Positions 25,291 to 36,022 of a stretch of DNA of 64,000 nucleotides are shown here, in pieces. Within the stretch, counting starts at the first letter, position 1, and each line of letters starts with the position of its first letter. The translations under genes and the position numbers were made by a program. Below the pieces are notes generated by a model. That model was given only the letters and a program-made list of their open reading frames with translations. It was not told where the DNA came from and searched no databases. Source of the stretch: Raillietiella orientalis (lineage: Eukaryota); NCBI GenBank assembly GCA_036172245.1, contig JAYWIR010000004.1:1054001-1118000 (forward strand), in the 5' to 3' direction.

Positions 25291-28200
25291 GGGCGGGCGT
25301 TGCAAGGGAGGGCCCAGTGCAGCAGCAGCAGCACCGACGCCTGCCACTTTCATGGGAGAGTGCGTCTATCCAGAAGCACTGGGGGTCACTGCAGGTTTTC
25401 CTCTGGAATACTTTTCTCAGGAACTCCGGAGCCAGAGTGGCACATCTCGTAGTAGGGGACTTCAACGTCCACCTGCTTTCTAACGAGACAAGGTCCCTGA
25501 GGTCGTGAACTGACGAGGTATGCATGTCGGTTTACGCGCATAACTTGCTCGCCTGCGAGTCTGAAATGGAAAGGTCCGTGAATCACGTCTACCTCGATGA
25601 TCACCTGCTCCCACGAGTGGGGAGGAGAGGCAAAATGCCTCCCAAGTTTTCGGACCATGACAGGCTGGAGTTCGGGGTCCTCATCCAGGCAAAGGACCTC
25701 CGAACAATGTTTGGAGGATACCGGCGGATTGGCTTAGCCATCCGGAGGCGGCGGAGCATCTTCGCCAGCATGTCCGCGGCTTCGCCATCAATGAACTTGC
25801 AGACTGGGACGATCTGAAGAGATCAGTCTGCGAGTTCTGCAACCGGTTTCCCTTGTACTTGCTACCGCGTGGTCTTGGTGAAGGAGTGAGCAACAGCAGA
25901 GTGTTTCTGCAGGCCCGTTCCTTTTCCAGATGCCAGGACGTCCGGCGACTCGCAGAGTGCTGAGCTGCAAGGCGAGGGCTGAGTGCCAGGTCTGGCAGTC
26001 TGGAGCGGCTTGCCTACTCGAAGACCAAGGCCAAAAATGCTCGGCCCCAGCTGATGTACGGAGAATTGTGAGGCGCTGCTACTCTTCGTTATATACAAGG
26101 ACCCCAACGGAGAAAGTGCTCTCAGAGTTACTTCTGCCGGAGGGCGCTCAGGCTATCGATGAGGAGGAACCCGCTCTTTTCGACGAGCCCTTTATGTTGG
26201 AGGGAATTTCTTCCGCCATCGCTGAGCTTAAAAGACGCAAAGCACCAGGTGAGGATGGGCTACCGCGGAGTTCTTTCAGAGCTTTGCGGCGGAACTCGTC
26301 CCCTGGTGCTGAGTCCCTCGACGCTGATGAAGAAGGCGGGCGATGTCCCTGCTTCCTTCAGCTCAGCGAAGGTGCGTCTCCTGCCGAAAGGCATCTTAAC
26401 AACTGATGTCCGATCACGTTAGTGAACACGGACGTCAAGTTTTAAAGTTGTGGGTCGCGCGCCTTGGGAGAGTCGCGGAGTACGTTATCCCGGAGCAGTC
26501 TTACGCTGTCCCCGGATGGTCCATGAATGCGAACCTGCTTTTAGCTCACACCTGGTTCCAGCTTCAATGGCGCGTAGAATCAGGCAGTCGTGCAGAAGCG
26601 AGAGTTCCTACCTAATGCAAGCGCCAGTGCCTACAGACGGGAGAAGGGTCGGGAGCCTTGGCGGTCGCAGTTGATCTGCACAAAGCCTTCGACTACGTCA
26701 ACCAGGAACTCCTCCTGGAGCGTCTGGAACGCTTCGATCTTCCGACCCAACTTCTGCTGTACCTGCGCTTATGATGGCAGTACGCGTTACTGAACTTTAA
26801 TTTTAGCGGTTGTCGCGTATACAGCGCCGCGGTACGCAGAGGCATCAGGTAGGGCGACAGCTTGAGCCCTCTTCAGCATCTACTTCGAGTTGGTGCTGAG
26901 AGCGTACGGGCTGACGCTGGCCGTCCTGCCAAGCATTTCTCTGTGCACGCCTTTCGTGGCAGCCTATGCCGACGACCTTCTCCTACTGTTGCCCATGTCT
27001 ACTTCGGCTGAATCGGTCGAAGACTTCTTCGAGCTGATGCATCGGGGAGCGGGCATGAGCGTCAACAGAGCGAAGTGCTCCGTCGTACCGGTGGGTGCGT
27101 CGTGGGAGGGCAGGCCGAGTGGATCCGCCTGGGGATCCCCACGGGAAGATACTTCAAGTACCTTGGCGTCCCGTTGAGCCAATTCTGCTCGTCAGAGGCG
27201 CGGTCGGCCTGTCTTCAAAAGGCAGAGTCGTCACTTGGCCCGTTCCTTGACGGCAAGTTCGTCTTGCCGGAACGGGCGTGCATTTGGAACACTTTTCTTG
27301 CCTCCCTCCTCCGCCCCCTATTTTTTTTTGTCCGCTCCCTTATTCGGTGAAGATCCGGGCGCAGCATCTTCTGCGGAAAGCCTTGTGGGGCACCGCAAGA
27401 TCCCGGATTTTCCTGAAAGATTTAACAGGGCTGAGCCAGGACGCTGACTTGGGCATCGTGACCATCGAGAAGATCGGACTGCAGGTGCAATTCCGGCTCC
27501 TCTCCCTGTGTGGGAGATTGTGACCTTCCCATTGGTGTGCCCCGGCACGTCAGATCCTCCAGCGATGTGTTGGCAGCTCAAGACTTTTTTCGCTGCTTCC
27601 GCGCAACCTACGCCGGAGGACTGGATTCGGCTACCCACTGCGCCATCTGTCCTCGTTGCTGCTAGCCCATCAGCTGGAATGCCTGGCAGCAGGAAGCTTT
27701 GGAGCACTGGATCGCCACTTTGGATGTGCATCCAGAGCAACTGAGACCGCTGCAAGATCTCCTGCGCGAACCGCTGGGAAGTATCTTGCAGTACTGATCG
27801 CAATGGTCCCGGTTAGCCGTCTCACCCCTTGCTGCAGCGCTGTCTGCCCTCAAGGCAAACAACGACAGTAACCAACTGGCAGAGTGGGAGTTTTTCTGCA
27901 ACTTTGCAGGAGTCCAGAAACTCATGAGAGGCTGCAAAACGAGCGAGTTGGTGGATGCTGGCACTCCTCGCTTCCGGGCAAAATGACTCCATCGGTGGAG
28001 CGAGCTTCTTGGTATATCCCCCAAGAACTCGTGGTCCCTTCTCTGTGTGTGGATACCTCAGTGTTTCCGCTTCGTTGGAAACAGGATGTTCTTCTATTTC
28101 TGCACTGGAGCTTCCAGTGCAATCAGCGCAGACACCTGGTTTCCGGGGGAGTTGCCTCCCCGAACTGTCTCAGGTGCGGGGTGATAGAATCGCTTCCGCA

Positions 28201-28710
28201 CCTGCTCCTGGACTGTGGTGACTTGCGGGAGTTATGGCGGAGACTTGCTTCGGTACTCCGTCGTCCCCACGACACTGCCATCAGCCTGCTGCGACGCTTT
28301 TTCAGCGAAGGCGGAATGAAGAAAGGACCACAACAATCTGTTGCATCAGCGCCATCACAAAGGTCCGTCTTAAGCTCCAAAAAAGCTCGCAGCGTAAGGA
28401 TGCCACCAGGATAGTCGACAACCTTAGGAAGGCAGCTGCAAGGTGGCCTCATTTGCCCAGAAAAGTCACCAGGGAAATCGCCACCGTCAAGTGTCGCTTC
28501 CAGAAAGAAAGGAACGTTTCAAACCAAAGATCCCTGTCCCCACTCTCCCTTGTTTTTTTTGTTCATTTTGTGTCCCCTCCCTTTTTTTGAAGCCGGCCTG
28601 CGTGCCGGTGGATTTTCTGGGTTGAACATTCTGTATGGGCGTATCTTGTGTCTTGGGGGATACATATCCCTTCAAGTTTGTGCCATGAATAAACGTCCCG
28701 GCGTGACGGA
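25290..28710 (+). mobile_element. L1/Tx1-clade non-LTR retrotransposon ORF2 (APE endonuclease, RT, CCHC finger) with 3'UTR; 5'-truncated and pseudogenised
   Basis: Ordered motifs across frameshifts: VVGDFNV and SDH (APE); KAPGEDGLP, LLPKG, DLHKAFD, RRGIR*GDSLSPL, YADDL, KYLGV (RT); CLRCGVIESLPHLLLDC (CCHC). 3'UTR ends AATAAACGTCCCGGCGTGAC near 28707. Confidence 0.93.
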
Positions 28711-29752
28711 ATTCAAACCACATCAGCGCCGAGAGTCTCAGCATCAGGGGAATGAGCTCCGCTGCAAAGCATTCGTAAAATTCCGCGGGGAGCCCATCCT
28801 CGCCTGGCGCCTTCCGTCTCTTGAGCCCAGCGATGGCGGACGAAAATTCATCCGACGTGAAGGGCTCGTTGAGACATTCGCGTTCCTCCTCGCCGACAAC
28901 AGGAGCATCCTGAGACAGAAGTATCTCCGAGAGAATGTCCTCCGTCGGGGCTTCCGCGTACAGAGAGGAGTAGTAGCGTCTTACCATGCGGCATACTTCG
29001 GCTGGAGCAGAGCTGCCTGCCTGATGGCCATGGCAGCCCACGATCGAGCGCGGGTGGGAGCAGAGACCAGTCTACTAGCCAGGGAATCAGGGGTGCGCGA
29101 TTCCGCCAAACAAGCATGCGATCGGCTGCGTCCTACAGCCACACAAGGTCGAGCAGGGTCTCCGCCTCCGGGTAAAGACGGAGCCGCTTCGCAACTACCT
29201 CCGTAGCACTACCATCGCAGCCACCTCCACGGCCGCGTCCACCGCGCCTAGCGCTGCCTGCCTCGAAGCACCGACTGGCGTCTGTTGTCCTCCTTGGCAA
29301 TCGAGGTGCGAGGAAGGGGCGCTCTCTTCTCCGAGAGCTTCCAGTCGCGCGCACTCTGAGTACAAAACACGCGGGACTGCAGTGCGTGCAACAGCGAGGC
29401 AGACTCAGCACAGGAGGTCGGCTACGGGGAAGCAGAGCAGCGATTCGCGCGCAGCACACGCCCCGGAGGCTGGGCAGCTTCTCCGGAGACAACTGTTGGT
29501 CCTTCCTTGGTTGCCCGAGGGAGCAGCCGCTCACCGCGTACGCAAGCGGCAGCCGACAAGACTTGGAGCGCACGTCTCCCTCATCGTAAGCAGCCGCCGA
29601 AGAGCGCGCTTACAGACAACATGCAAATGATCCTTCCTGCTGATGTCAAGAGACATAAAGCATAAGACTTTTGATGTCAATGCAGGCTGGTCACGGGATC
29701 AGACCGTGATGAGAACTTTCATAGGAACCCCGCATTGCTACAAAATACTTTT
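28711..29752 (-). mobile_element. inverted, internally deleted copy of the same LINE family (upstream segment fused to the RT N-terminus)
   Basis: 28720-29040 encodes YYSSLY...LNEPFTSDEFSSAIAGLKRRKAPGEDGLPAEFY, paralogous to 26040-26270. 29121-29752 is homologous to 55482-56123. Confidence 0.8.
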
Positions 29753-30108
29753 AATACAAAATACTTTAAAAAATACCTCCTTTAATACTGAGGTTTAATG
29801 CTGAGGTTCTCAACTGAGCGATGCTTTGCTGCGACCTCCTGCTAGATCGCTCCATCGAATTACGAGGAACGGGTTTCCGGCTTCCAGATCGAGTTTGCGA
29901 TTCGGTTCTTGATTGTTCCCGTCGCATCAGGCCACCTCCAGCCTCTTACGTTTGCATGGTCTTCTTGAGGCACGCCCGTTTGCTTTAGCGTTTCCGAAAT
30001 CTGCAAGAACCACTTAGACGAAACTCCTCCATCAATATGTCCACAGCCAGTTGCCATGGATCGAAACCGGTAGCGACAAGAGTTGATGCACATTTCTTCT
30101 GTCCATAG

Positions 30109-30529
30109 GGATGACTGCCAGCATTTGCGGAGGCAACGTCACACAAGAGGGAACCATAGGTACACCTCAGTTGCCGAAAAGCAGAACTTGCATCTGGGTA
30201 ATAACTGCACCCAAAAACAGAAGCGTGAAACTCGTCTTCACAACGGTCGATCTCGCAGATAGTGATTGCTTTTACGAGGCGATTGTTGTGAATCACAAAA
30301 ACATCTACAATGGACCTGCGTGAGTAGTTCCGTTCCGCCGCAGGCTTCCAGCATCTGCATTATCTTCTTGAATAGATTCTGCACCGCTGATCAGCTGCCC
30401 CCAGGAAGCGAGTTTGTTTCTCGGGATGAACAAATGGTGGTTATATGGAAAAATGCGGGATTCTCCCAATCAAAAGTCGAAGCAGTCATCAGCTTCGTCC
30501 CTCGGCAAATTCCCGTGCATGCGAAATGA
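30109..30529 (+). pseudogene. orphan CUB-domain exons: duplicated 3' end of the astacin gene
   Basis: Exons 30109-30319 and 30376-30529 encode ICGGNVT...GTIGTP...CIWVITAPKNRSVKLVF..VDL...CFYE...FC...SRDEQMVVIW (CUB), ending in TGA. The upstream intron 29799-29953 matches 63846-64000 (3 mismatches in 155 bp). The phase-1 acceptor fits the phase-1 donor of the EGF exon at 62693. Confidence 0.85.
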
Positions 30530-30749
30530 ATGGTCCCTACCTCTGGATTTTGGCCTCTTTTATGTTCATAAATTGGGAACTTTGGTTTCCAATTTATGAC
30601 AAATTTCTTTTGTTCGCTTCTTGGAGAATTGTTTTTGAGCTTTTGCCTGACATCCATCAGCCATTCCGAATGTTTTGCTTGTCATCGTTGAGAGCTGCTA
30701 GGCGCTCATCATAGGATCTCCATCTTCATTCTCCGACCCGAGTGCTTCC

Positions 30750-31850
30750 AAACCGCGGTATGCATCCAAGTGTGGTGGCGCAAAGAAGAAAAAAAACATA
30801 GTAAACGCCTGCGAAATGAAGCTTCAGCGCTACAGTATATTTGAATAAGAAAAAAGCTTGTTTTCTCAAAGATTTCTCAAAGATGCTCGGGAAGGGCGCT
30901 GTCGATCGCTGGATGGCAGGAAAATATTCGATAAATGGGTAGGCATAACTTGCAGCAAGCAGGTTCTTTTCACCCTCCATGAATAAATTGCTTGGTCAAC
31001 TCTCGGAGCCTCCGATTAAGCTGCGCTACGGCAACGGAAGGAGCTTCAGACACTCTCTTCCCCTAAAGCCGGAAACCTCCGCTCCAAAGTCCACAGTCGT
31101 AAGGTCCGCAGGCAATCTTTGAAGCAAGTGACGGAACTTTCAGCAGGCGCTATCAGACATCATTTGATGCAATCATTTGACCCACTACACCATTTTCAAC
31201 CAGGATGCTGGTCGACCTTTAGAAACCAAGAGCTCTCCTGCTTGAAAACCCACCCGAGGTCAAAGAAATCCTCCCACAGTCACTCAACTCCTCCTGCAGA
31301 CACCATTAACATCCCACTTTACTGACGAAGGGAGATTACTTTTAAGCGTAGTTTCACGTTTTCAGCAATTGCCAACGTCCACCATGCACGATCGCTAGTA
31401 TTGGTAATGGCGGTCGAAGCGGCACCAGTTGGAGGCTGGGAACTCACGTGAGCAATGCAACTGGTGATCTCGCACCATCTGACCAGCTCACTATTGTCCT
31501 TGTACCCCCATCAAAAGCGGCAGACGAAGGCAGTAATGATCCATGAATCCTCTCTCGCCTATTCATGACGCCTCGAGGTTGTTCTCGCATGTGTCGAAGT
31601 CTACCAGACGTCTTCACTTCCGTACACATGGCTGGGGCGTCTGCTGCGGGGCTGAATCTGGCATCTGCGAAAAGACAGTAAGTTTGCTATGCCTGATTTT
31701 GAGTATCCTCATTTTTCTAGAATTCTCGTCGAATAGCGTAATGTCAGAAAATGAGGCTTGTGCCCTGTGACCCACCAGCCTTAAAAGATGCGGAATTTCT
31801 TGGCAACCTAATCGGATGCCCTGATCTGTAAACACAATGGCCATCTGGAG
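30750..31850 (-). mobile_element. possible decayed LINE ORF1/endonuclease junction fragment
   Basis: IPHLLRLVGHRAQASF (ORF1-like) followed by VKWDVNGV, resembling the APE start motif SWNVNG. Many stops. Confidence 0.3.
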
Positions 31851-32696
31851 TTTGGGAGCCTTTCTTTTACATTTTTCATTCCTGATAATTAGTTAAAAGA
31901 ATATTTTCCTTGTCTCGGTGTCGATATTCACCCGTAATAACACCCGTCTTCCATTTGACACCATCTGTACAGGTTTGTCGCATGAGATTCATTGTAGCAT
32001 TTTAGCAATTCAGTATTAAATGAAGAAAACGAATAAAAGAATCAGGTCCTTTTTCTTTTTCATGCAGTGGAAGTGGAATAGTTTTTTTTTTGTTTGCTGT
32101 TTTGCGTATTCCTGACAACCATAATAACGTTATGGGGGCATTTTTATTGCCGAGACCGATGTCGATTTGGATTTACTAATTACAGTAGTTGTTTTCGATG
32201 ACACTGTTGGGTGAACATTGGAAGGAAGTAAACGGGGGATTTTTACTTCCCTTTTATCAAAATATTTTTAGCCACTAATACAGAAATACACCGAGGTGAA
32301 AACTTCTACCGCGCATGGTATCCCCAGCTCCTTGTTTTGCGTTCCATTTCCTGGATGGTCATCACACGAGATTTTGCAAGGATTTCAAGGATTTTGCAAT
32401 TGGTCATTACGTTCGAACTGGGCTATTTTGTGAAACAGTTCTTCTCAGTTTGCTGAATGCCGTTTATCAATGCTTACGTCCATTCAAAGTACGAATACGT
32501 GAATCGAGAATACCTGAATTCTTCATACACCCGTTGAATTCATATCGCGTACTTCCCTGAGAACAATCGGCATTCTTTGATTTCATGACCGATTCATGTA
32601 CGCATGTTTTCGATTCCACATGTTCTGCTCAAGGTGTCCTTGTCTTGCTTGTACACTTTCATACAACCTCGAATCTTTATTGTTTCACCTATTCCG

Positions 32697-34790
32697 TTAT
32701 TGACGGGATTCAGTTTTAAGCTGTCGAGAAGGCATCCAGGATTTCCTCCTGCTAGAAGATTTCGCATTCCGACCCAGCAGAGCGGCTCGACTGTAGATAT
32801 CATGCGTGGTGAATGGAGAGCTGCCAGCTACATAATCTGCATCTAACGGATTCAGCTTGCTTAGCGCCAGTTTGGATAGACGTTGTTGAGGAACTGGTTG
32901 ATCTTCACAAAGGATGGGATTCACAGCGTGCTTTCCACCACGGGGAGTTGGCAGAGAGAACTGAACACCATGAGCACATTGCATACGGCATACTCACTCT
33001 TGTGCCACGCAAATTCAGCTTTTTATGAAAGGGAATATGGATTTGCAGCTGACCCTGTTCATCACGTCGAACAGCCACCCGTTTCAGTGTACTGTTCCCA
33101 CAGCGTTTGCAGAATTTCCGATCCATTTGAGAAGTCATTTGGAAGCAAGCAACACAGCGCAAGAGAAATGTACGACACTCACGAATAACTTGACTTTCTG
33201 CACCTATAATTTTCACATTTAGTCTTAAAAGAACATTCTGAAATGCAAATCCCCTTCGCTCAACTACTACCCATGTGCTAGCCTACCTGCATTGCAAAGT
33301 CTGTTGTGATGCACCCTACAGTACATGTATCTAGAGTTTCTACAGGTGTATTCAGAACTTCATTGAGGTTGTCTGGGGTAATCCAACTTTCATCATCATC
33401 ATCACATTCTTCAACAGCAAGAGTCTCCAGCTTGGGTTCTATGCCATCAGTAGAAGGTTCAATCTACAATATATATTAATACAGCACATTCCCAAAGTAA
33501 AAAGCCTACATCATCATCTACTGGCTGATAGAACCCCCTCACACAATGCGGATTATCTTTCAGTTCCTTGGTGCTCAGCATGGAAACCTGTCCACGCGAT
33601 TCTTCCGGAACTTCTTCCAAAGGAGCAAACTCTTTTTTGATGTCGTAAGTGACCGCTAATACTTTCAGATCCGTAGCAGAGAGTTCTGGATAGTCTCCTG
33701 TTTTCTTCGCCAGTTCCGTTACTATCACAAAAAAAGCATTACAGTTCACCGATCACAATCCTATTCCCATCTTTGACATGCAATAAGCTATACTGTAAAC
33801 CATGGTCATCACTTTCAATTTCTCAAGAGACTGGTTTGCCACTTGTTTCCAGCTTTTCGAACTTCTCGATATGCGTAGTATCAGTGCCAACATATCTGGT
33901 CTCCAAATTTTTATGAGAAATCTTGGAATGATGGGAAACCCATCATTTGTAGATTTGGAACAAGGGAGGCATTTTCAAAAGAATACTTAGCAGCCTTTCG
34001 TCAACGCATACCGCAACCTTTCAACAAAAATGAACAGCACAAGCATCTCATGAATGCTAACATCCACAAGACCAGAACAGTGAAGTCATCAAGCATTCAA
34101 TAATTGAAAATAGACACATGAGTGCCATCCAAGGTGCACATTTGATCCTCCTAACGTAAAAATCAGAAATTCTCACTGACTGTGGACTCCTCATAAGCAA
34201 AAACTCTGGACTCCACATAAGGAAGAAAGAGGTCACATTGTGACATCCAAAACAGGGAAAATCCGAGACATAAACACATCAAAAATAGGCTACAACTAAC
34301 ACGAACTGCATAAACCCCAGTCACATTTTATACCATAATCCTTCTTGACACAATGTCTTACCACTAACCTCTCTAATAAGGGTGCTCTTGTTTGGCATCA
34401 GCAAGCTTGAATACTATCGACGACACACGCTCGACTAAAGTTATGATCATGTGATCCATTCTTACAACGAGTCCTCATAACCAATCCCTCGTGAGCGGTG
34501 AAATTATATGCTTACCAAACTTAAGGCCTTCAACGGAAGGGTCTCTGAAGTGAAGTTCAAATGGTAACATTTTCAACTTCTCACGAGCTTGTTTGTCTCG
34601 AATTTCCTTCACGACTTCTTTACATGTGTAAACGCTATGTGCAAGCTCCTACACGTAGTAAAAAACAACAAATTCCGTAACAAATTCAAACAACCTCACA
34701 AACCTGAAGAGGCAGAAGTTTGATAAAACCACTGGAGTCAACTATTAGGTGCTGCACTTTGGGTGACCGCATTTTGAATTCTTCCAGCAT
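32697..34790 (-). CDS. NOB1: RNA-binding protein NOB1 (PIN-domain 18S rRNA site D endonuclease with zinc ribbon)
   Basis: Exons 34790-34704, 34648-34516, 33721-33510, 33463-33287, 33237-32998, 32960-32697. Motifs HLIVDSSGFI, VVKEIRD, AKKTGDYPELSATD, WITPDN, TTDFAMQNVLL, LRCVACF...FCKRCGNSTL, RGTRFSLPTPRGGKH, SPF. Start is ATG 34790 or 34772. Confidence 0.95.
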
Positions 34791-35968
34791 ATCAAACCGC
34801 TCACAGCTCCAAACTTATTACCAAGAAACTGCTTGGAGCTCAATGCATTCAAAAATTCATAACCATCGATTACGACTCAAAAAAATGATTCCAATCCCTA
34901 TCCAAAACACTAATCCACAACCAAACTTCAATCCAAAGCTCTGGATCCGAGCTGGCCACAGTCACACATTTTCGAAACACAGCTTGGAGGAGAATCCTTT
35001 AAAGTTGCTACAACACGCAAAACATACGCGGAAGACCAGTTCAGGTTGCTGTAAAAATATGTGCGAAAAACTCCATTTCTCGGATCCGCACGTGCACCAT
35101 GGAAACTGCCACAGTCTGCCCCGAACGGAGTACCAGGTGCGTTTTCTTAGCGCTCCACTGCAAACGCTTCAGTGACTAGGACTGCGCAAGGGTGTAGGCT
35201 TGCTTCCAGCGTCCTCACCCTTTGATTCCGGTGCCAGTTTCGTTGACACGAAGGGATTTAACGCCGAATGTCACTTCCAGCAACATGGATTTTTGTCAGT
35301 GGGAAGAGAGTCATCGAAAGGAGTACAGCACATGACATCATGCAGAAAGTCTTGCATTCCATACTCATTTCTTCGTCCTAAAGCGTCAAACACAATATTT
35401 AAATGTGACATCAATCCCTCTCGAAGCTTTCGCAGATGTTTTCATTTCTAGTAGGCCGCGAGTACCATTCAAATGACCATGTTTTGAAATGGCCAATTCA
35501 TTCATTTCATATGTGCATTCTTCAGCCACAGCGGTGTAACAAGATAGACGGTGAGATCAAAAAAAAAAAGGAAAACACCTTCGCCAACTCTTTTTGACGC
35601 TTGAGGAGTTCATTCCACTGTGAGTCTTCCTTCGCATCCATTTGTCATCTCACTTGGTTCCCCAGAAATTTGCAACAACGTGAGATAAAAGGGACCATTT
35701 TAAGACGAATACAATATATCGAAGAGTTTCGGAAATTTGTAATCACCACAAAGAAATTTGTCCGGAAAACAAAATTGATGCTTCTCAAAAGCGCCGTCAT
35801 TTTTGAAAAACGCATTTTCTTTCGTGTCGCATGGAACACCGACGACAGTTTGTCTGCAACAAATGCTGGCGATTATTCACAGATGGTCGGTGCATAGGCG
35901 TTTACTTCTGTTTCCAAGGGTACGAAAGTGTTCCAGTGAGGATTTCTCTCCACTTATTGGTCTAACGT

Positions 35969-36022
35969 TAAGGAAAAGAAGCTGAAGTCGATGCATAAGG
36001 AAAAGAAGCTGAAGTCGATGCA
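35969..36022. repeat. perfect 27-bp tandem duplication
   Basis: TAAGGAAAAGAAGCTGAAGTCGATGCA at 35969-35995 and 35996-36022. Confidence 0.95.

Noticed and set aside
24690..25400. Twin-priming 5' inversion of the 25-28 kb LINE
   Set aside because: The inverted piece is the 3' end of a diverged relative, not upstream sequence of the same RNA.
28550..29206. 218-aa plus-strand ORF
   Set aside because: Antisense shadow of the RT fragment, spanning TE junctions.
29676..29740. Hammerhead- or HDV-like ribozyme in the conserved multi-stem segment (also 56048-56108)
   Set aside because: It has GTGATGA rather than CTGATGA and no GAAA after stem II; I could not build an HDV pseudoknot by eye.
32697..32790. 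Frameshift in the NOB1 C-terminal tail (expected RRNPN-like ending absent)
   Set aside because: The tail is poorly conserved, and the present frame gives a plausible basic tail with a stop.
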